From the NCBI GenBank assembly GCA_965205655.1, contig CBDBIJ010000118.1:1-20361 (forward strand): a stretch of 20,361 nt of DNA, in the 5' to 3' direction. The notes under the pieces were generated by a model, which saw nothing but the letters and a program-made list of their open reading frames with translations, had not been told where the DNA came from and searched no databases. This document shows positions 16,512-20,361 of the stretch, in pieces (position 1 is the first letter of the stretch; each line of letters opens with the position of its first letter). The position numbers and the translations under genes are program-made. The DNA comes from Candidatus Latescibacterota bacterium. Lineage in GTDB: Bacteria; Latescibacterota; UBA2968; UBA8231.

Positions 16512-18482
16512 CCTCCGCATCCGACTCTGAGTCCGGCCGTTCGGGCCAGGACAGCTTCCACGCTCCACCTATCATCACCTGGCGAGCGATCGCCCTCGGT
16601 CTGGCGACGACCGTGGGGATGATTCTCCTCGTCAGCTACATCGGGCGCCACGAGGGCGTGAGCTCGTTCATGCACTCCCAGTTGCCGATGCTGGCGCTGA
16701 TTCCCTTCGTGCTGTGGCTCTTCGCGAACGTCGGCCTCGCCCGCATCTGGCCAGCCGGAGCACTCAAGACGGGCGAGATGCTGACCATCCTGGCGATGCT
16801 CTGGATCGTCAGTACCGTGCCGGGGTGGATCGGACCGTGGACCTCCATCGTCGCCTCGCCGACCTATTTCGCAACCCCCGAAAATCGCTTCGCCGACCAC
16901 TTCTTCGAGTACCTGCCGTGGCACATGTTGGCGCCGACCGGCGTGCTCGACAACTTCTGGTTCGGCCTGCCCGATGGCGCCTCTATTCCGTGGCAAGGCT
17001 GGATCGGCGTCGTTTCGCAATGGCTGGGTGTGTCCCCTGGCCATGGTGATATTCGGCTTCTGCCTCTTCGTGCTGTTCCAGGCCCAGTGGGAAGACAAAG
17101 AGAAGCTCTCGTTCCCGTTGGCGCAGCTGCCGCAGGATCTCCTGCAAGGTATGGATGGTCCGCGCCGCATGCCGGAGCTGTTTCGGAAGCACCTGTTCTG
17201 GATCGGATTCGCCGTCGTAGCAGTGCCAATGCTGTTCAACATCGGGACCTATTTCACCGATGGTCTACTCCCTCTGGAATTCAACACAAAGATCTTCCGA
17301 CTGGAGCTGAGCGAATACATCTACAGGGTGAACATTCGCTACATGCCCATCGTCATGATGGTGACCTACCTGTGCCCGGTGGATATCCTCGGCAGTCTCA
17401 TCCTCTTCCGACTGATGAGCCTCTACAAGGCGGAGGCGATCAAACGCAGCGGGCTCTCGTTTGGCGCAGCGGGCCAGCAGATAGACGGAGAGCGGCTGCT
17501 CTTCCTGGAAAACTACGGGGCGTTGATGTTCATCGCGGTATGGGCGATATGGATCGCCCGGGGGCATCTGCGCCAGACCTGGCGGCTGGCGAGAAGTGGG
17601 GTGGGGCCGCCCCGCGAGGTCGTGCGCTATCGCATGGCCTGGGTGGGGCTGGTGCTGTCCGGCGCCTATGTGGTCGGATGGGCGGTCAGCCTGGGAATGA
17701 GCCTGCCCCTGGCAATCGGTTCATTCCTGCTGATGTCCTTGACGTTTTTCGTAACGTCAAAGCTCATCGCCGCTACGGGCTTCGCCTATCTCCTGCCGTA
17801 CCGTCCGTTCCTGAAAGGCGTGCCCTTCATCGTCGACCTGGTGGGCACGGCGGCGATCTCGGAGCGAAGTCTCACCGGATTTCACCTGTTCACGAGCCGC
17901 GCTTTCTTCGGGACGTTTCTGATCCCGGCGTGGCCCGCGCTGACCCACCACCTGCGTTTGTTCTCGATGACAGCGCAGCCAGCAAAAGTGACCCTCGTTG
18001 CTCTCGCCGTGTTCGTTGCGGGGTTCCTGGTTTCAACGACGGCGACGATCGAGCGGGGCTACGACGAAGGAGCTACGGTCCTTATAGAAGAGTCGTGGAT
18101 GATTACGGTTTTTTTCGAGCCGTTGGTACAGCTGTTGAACTACCGCACCGTGATGGACTTCGAGAAGACGGGCGTATTTCTCTTCGGCGCGCTTCAGGCC
18201 GGCGTCATGACGTTCCTGCGCAGCCGGTATCACTGGTTTTCTCTGCATCCGGTGGGTCTCGCGTTTCAGGAGTCCTTCGCGCTCGATCTCTACTGGATCA
18301 ATCTCGCCATCGTCTGGGCGGCCAAGGTCACATTGCTGCGCTACGGCGGTGCCAGCGCCTATGCGGCCGGCAAGCCGTTCTTCTACGGTATGGGGATAGG
18401 CTATATCGTGTTCGTGGCTCTCTCTGCTGTCGTCGATCTGATCTGGTTTCCCGACGCCGGCCACAAGGCGCATGCCTGGTAA
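16508..18482 (+). CDS. DUF6785/DUF6784-like polytopic membrane protein (putative transporter), one-base frameshift at 17034-17037
   Basis: ITWRAIALGL, ATPENRF..YLPW, SIPWQGW, QWEDKEKLSFPLAQLP, WFSLHPVG, LRYGG..Y..KPFFYGM; many hydrophobic segments. Removing one C joins the frames (WLGVS|LAMVIF, ~657 aa). ATGA overlap with the upstream gene. Confidence 0.78.
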
Positions 18483-18491
18483 GGAAGAGAG

Positions 18492-19448
18492 CTATTCGCG
18501 CAGGCCGGCCCGGATGGCCTCGGCGAGCTCCATGCTCTTGACGGCTTCATCGAGACTCGGTGCCGGCGCTTCGATGGGGAGATCCTCCAGAATACACTTG
18601 ATGAAATGATGGTCCTCTCCCCGCGTCCCTCCCAATCCGTCGTCCGGCTGCGGCAGCTGGTGGGTCTCGCCGTCACACTGGACGTGGCCCTCCTGGACAC
18701 CCTCCAGGTAGGCTGAAACATCGCGTCCGTGAATTTCGTAGCGCTCGAGCCGGGCGTCCGTGGTGTAGTTGAAGATGTAATGGGCGACGCAATCGTTTTC
18801 GAAGAGGACGAGAGCGCCGTGGACATCGCGGTATTTCGAGAATGCCCGTCGGGCGAAACTGTGTACCTCCTTCACCTCCGAATTCGCAATGCATCGAACT
18901 ATGTCAATGGCGTGGATATCGTTGGTGATGAGCCAGTTGTCCATGACCTCAGGTTTGTGTCCCCAACGGGTCTCCAACATGGTGATGCTCTTGTGGAATT
19001 CGCCGACCAGCTGAACGACGGGACCGCGCTCTGCGACCATTTCCCGGGCAGCGAAGATCAGGTTGTTATAGCGCCGATTGAACCCGACCATGCCCTTGGC
19101 ACCGCTCTTCGCGGCCGTGTCCCGCAGGTCCCGGGTCTCGGCTACCGTCAGCCCGGGGGGCTTCTCCAGGATCGTATGGATGCCCCGTTCCAGGCATGCT
19201 TTGGCGGCTGGAGCGTTGAGCTCTGGTGGCGTGGCGACGAGGGCGGCATCGAGCTCGACCGAGTTCAGCATTTCGTCCATGTCGGCGAAACGCGCCTGGA
19301 CATTGAACTCGTCCCCGGTCGTCTTCTGCTCCGCTTCCAATGGATCGCAGAGCGCCGCAAATTGGACCTCGTCGAAGTCACTCATGAAACCCATGTGCTG
19401 ACGCCCCTTGCCGCCCGCACCTATGACACCGACCCGCAGTTTTGACAT
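18492..19448 (-). CDS. Gfo/Idh/MocA family oxidoreductase (318 aa)
   Basis: MSKLRVGVIGAGGKG, VATPP, LEKP, VGFNRRY, DIHAID. Confidence 0.92.
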   Translation of the reverse strand: MSKLRVGVIGAGGKGRQHMGFMSDFDEVQFAALCDPLEAEQKTTGDEFNVQARFADMDEMLNSVELDAALVATPPELNAPAAKACLERGIHTILEKPPGLTVAETRDLRDTAAKSGAKGMVGFNRRYNNLIFAAREMVAERGPVVQLVGEFHKSITMLETRWGHKPEVMDNWLITNDIHAIDIVRCIANSEVKEVHSFARRAFSKYRDVHGALVLFENDCVAHYIFNYTTDARLERYEIHGRDVSAYLEGVQEGHVQCDGETHQLPQPDDGLGGTRGEDHHFIKCILEDLPIEAPAPSLDEAVKSMELAEAIRAGLRE

Positions 19449-19551
19449 CTCGCCGCTCCCGGTCACTGGTTTACCGCTCTCGCCATCACTTATATTGACG
19501 TCAGAATAAGAGCTAGCCGCCGCCATCCAGCAAACACCGAATAAGACTGCT

Positions 19552-20361
19552 GTGTCAATTTTCGCTAACCCACCACGCCGCTGGTGCAGGATCAGCGCAC
19601 TCCCGTTGATTGTGGCTTTCTGCGGAATCTGCGAAGCCCAGTACGGGTCGAGCGCCTGGTCTGCGATCACCAGCATGCAAGTCGTCAACGACGTCGTCTC
19701 GACCGACGGCGATGTCTGGAGTGCCACGGCAGGCGGTGTCTTGCGGTACAACAGGGAGACCGGACGGTACTCCCGCTTCACCCGACTCGACGGTCTCGCC
19801 GGCAACGGCGTGCTGAGCGCAGCGGCTGATGAAGACGGAAATCTATGGTTCGGCACCGACCGCGGAGGGCTCAGCAAATTCCTCGCAGGTGAGGGTCGCT
19901 TCCGGGATCCGATAGCAGAGTTTCGAGACCTCAGGCTGAACGCCCTGGCCGTCGCCGACGACAGGGTGTACGTGGCCAGCAACATCGGTGTCAGCGCCTA
20001 TCTGATCGGGGTGAAGCGAGTTAAGGAAAGCTACCGACAGTTCGGCTCCTACCCGCGAGACACGGAGGTGACCGCCCTGGCCGTACACGAAGGGGTAATC
20101 TGGGCCGGCACCACCGAGGGGATGGCTTGGGCAGATCTGTCGGAGCCGAACCTGCAGGACCCCCAGGTCTGGTCCACCGACGCCACTGTCGGAAAGGTGG
20201 CTGACATCGTCGCTGTCGGGGCGCACGTGTTCTGCGCCGGCGAGTTCCGCGTATGGAGATGGGACAGCGCCGGGATTGCGCGAACGGCCGTCGGGCAAGT
20301 CTCAGGCACTCCGACAACACTCGGCGTTCTCGATGGCCGGGTCGTCGCTGCAAACAGCGAC
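19552..20361 (+). CDS. Secreted beta-propeller (Reg_prop repeats), PorZ-like; 3'-truncated and absent from the ORF track
   Basis: Frame is open from GTG 19552 to the window end: signal ..RISALPLIVAFCGICEA|Q, then VWSATAGGVLRYN, FTRLDGLAGNGV..DEDGNLWFGT, VYVASNIGV, VKESY, IWAGTTEG, NLQDPQVW. Confidence 0.75.
   Translation, partial: MSIFANPPRRWCRISALPLIVAFCGICEAQYGSSAWSAITSMQVVNDVVSTDGDVWSATAGGVLRYNRETGRYSRFTRLDGLAGNGVLSAAADEDGNLWFGTDRGGLSKFLAGEGRFRDPIAEFRDLRLNALAVADDRVYVASNIGVSAYLIGVKRVKESYRQFGSYPRDTEVTALAVHEGVIWAGTTEGMAWADLSEPNLQDPQVWSTDATVGKVADIVAVGAHVFCAGEFRVWRWDSAGIARTAVGQVSGTPTTLGVLDGRVVAANSD

Noticed and set aside
4163..17037. Non-IS frameshifts as programmed recoding or phase variation
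   Set aside because: Runs are only 1-4 nt with mixed direction and no slippery heptamers; sequencing error is simpler.
16382..18541. 719-aa ORF as a single protein
   Set aside because: Only 16508-17035 is real; the remainder is off-frame read-through after the indel, while the membrane-protein sequence continues in the 16974..18482 frame.
19495..19503. TTGACG -35 box and TGACGTCA palindrome
   Set aside because: No -10 at the proper spacing, and a single 8-bp palindrome is expected by chance.
19449..19985. N-terminal extension of the Gfo/Idh/MocA ORF (497 aa)
   Set aside because: It is the antisense of the propeller gene; the Rossmann fold begins at 19448.
67..20353. Numerous other long overlapping ORFs (e.g. 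67..939, 1031..1945, 3645..4361, 4469..5278, 16211..17242, 18729..19445)
   Set aside because: Alternative-frame or antisense ORFs expected in GC-rich DNA; Arg/Pro/Ala-rich, no motifs, and overlapping well-supported genes.

Overview
GC-rich bacterial accessory/catabolic region with about 17 genes. The gene mix suggests an FCB-group lineage such as Ca. Latescibacterota (inference only). It holds two PhyH-family Fe(II)/2OG enzymes, a DapA/NanA-family aldolase, an APH/type-II homoserine-kinase-like phosphotransferase, two GHL10-like TIM-barrel glycoside hydrolases, a PHP-type metallohydrolase, an NAD-dependent epimerase/uronate-dehydrogenase-like enzyme, a tandem pair of ~86%-identical Asp-box (sialidase-like) proteins, a lipoprotein, a secreted E/R/Q-rich repeat protein, a DUF6785/DUF6784-like membrane protein, a Gfo/Idh/MocA oxidoreductase and the start of a PorZ-like beta-propeller that the ORF track misses. 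A complete 1156-bp IS630-family element (TA duplication, imperfect IRs, A8 -1 frameshift site, own sigma70 promoter, first catalytic Asp changed to Ala) interrupts an aldo/keto reductase. Five other single-base indels in short G/C runs split genes and are probably long-read assembly errors. The best leads are (1) a PhyH enzyme with H-x-A in place of H-x-D/E, the signature of Fe/2OG halogenases, (2) a possible import-then-degrade glycan system built on the DUF6785/6784 protein and signal-peptide-less hydrolases, and (3) the diversifying Asp-box paralog pair. No rRNA, tRNA or CRISPR array was seen. All family calls come from reading motifs by eye, not from database searches.
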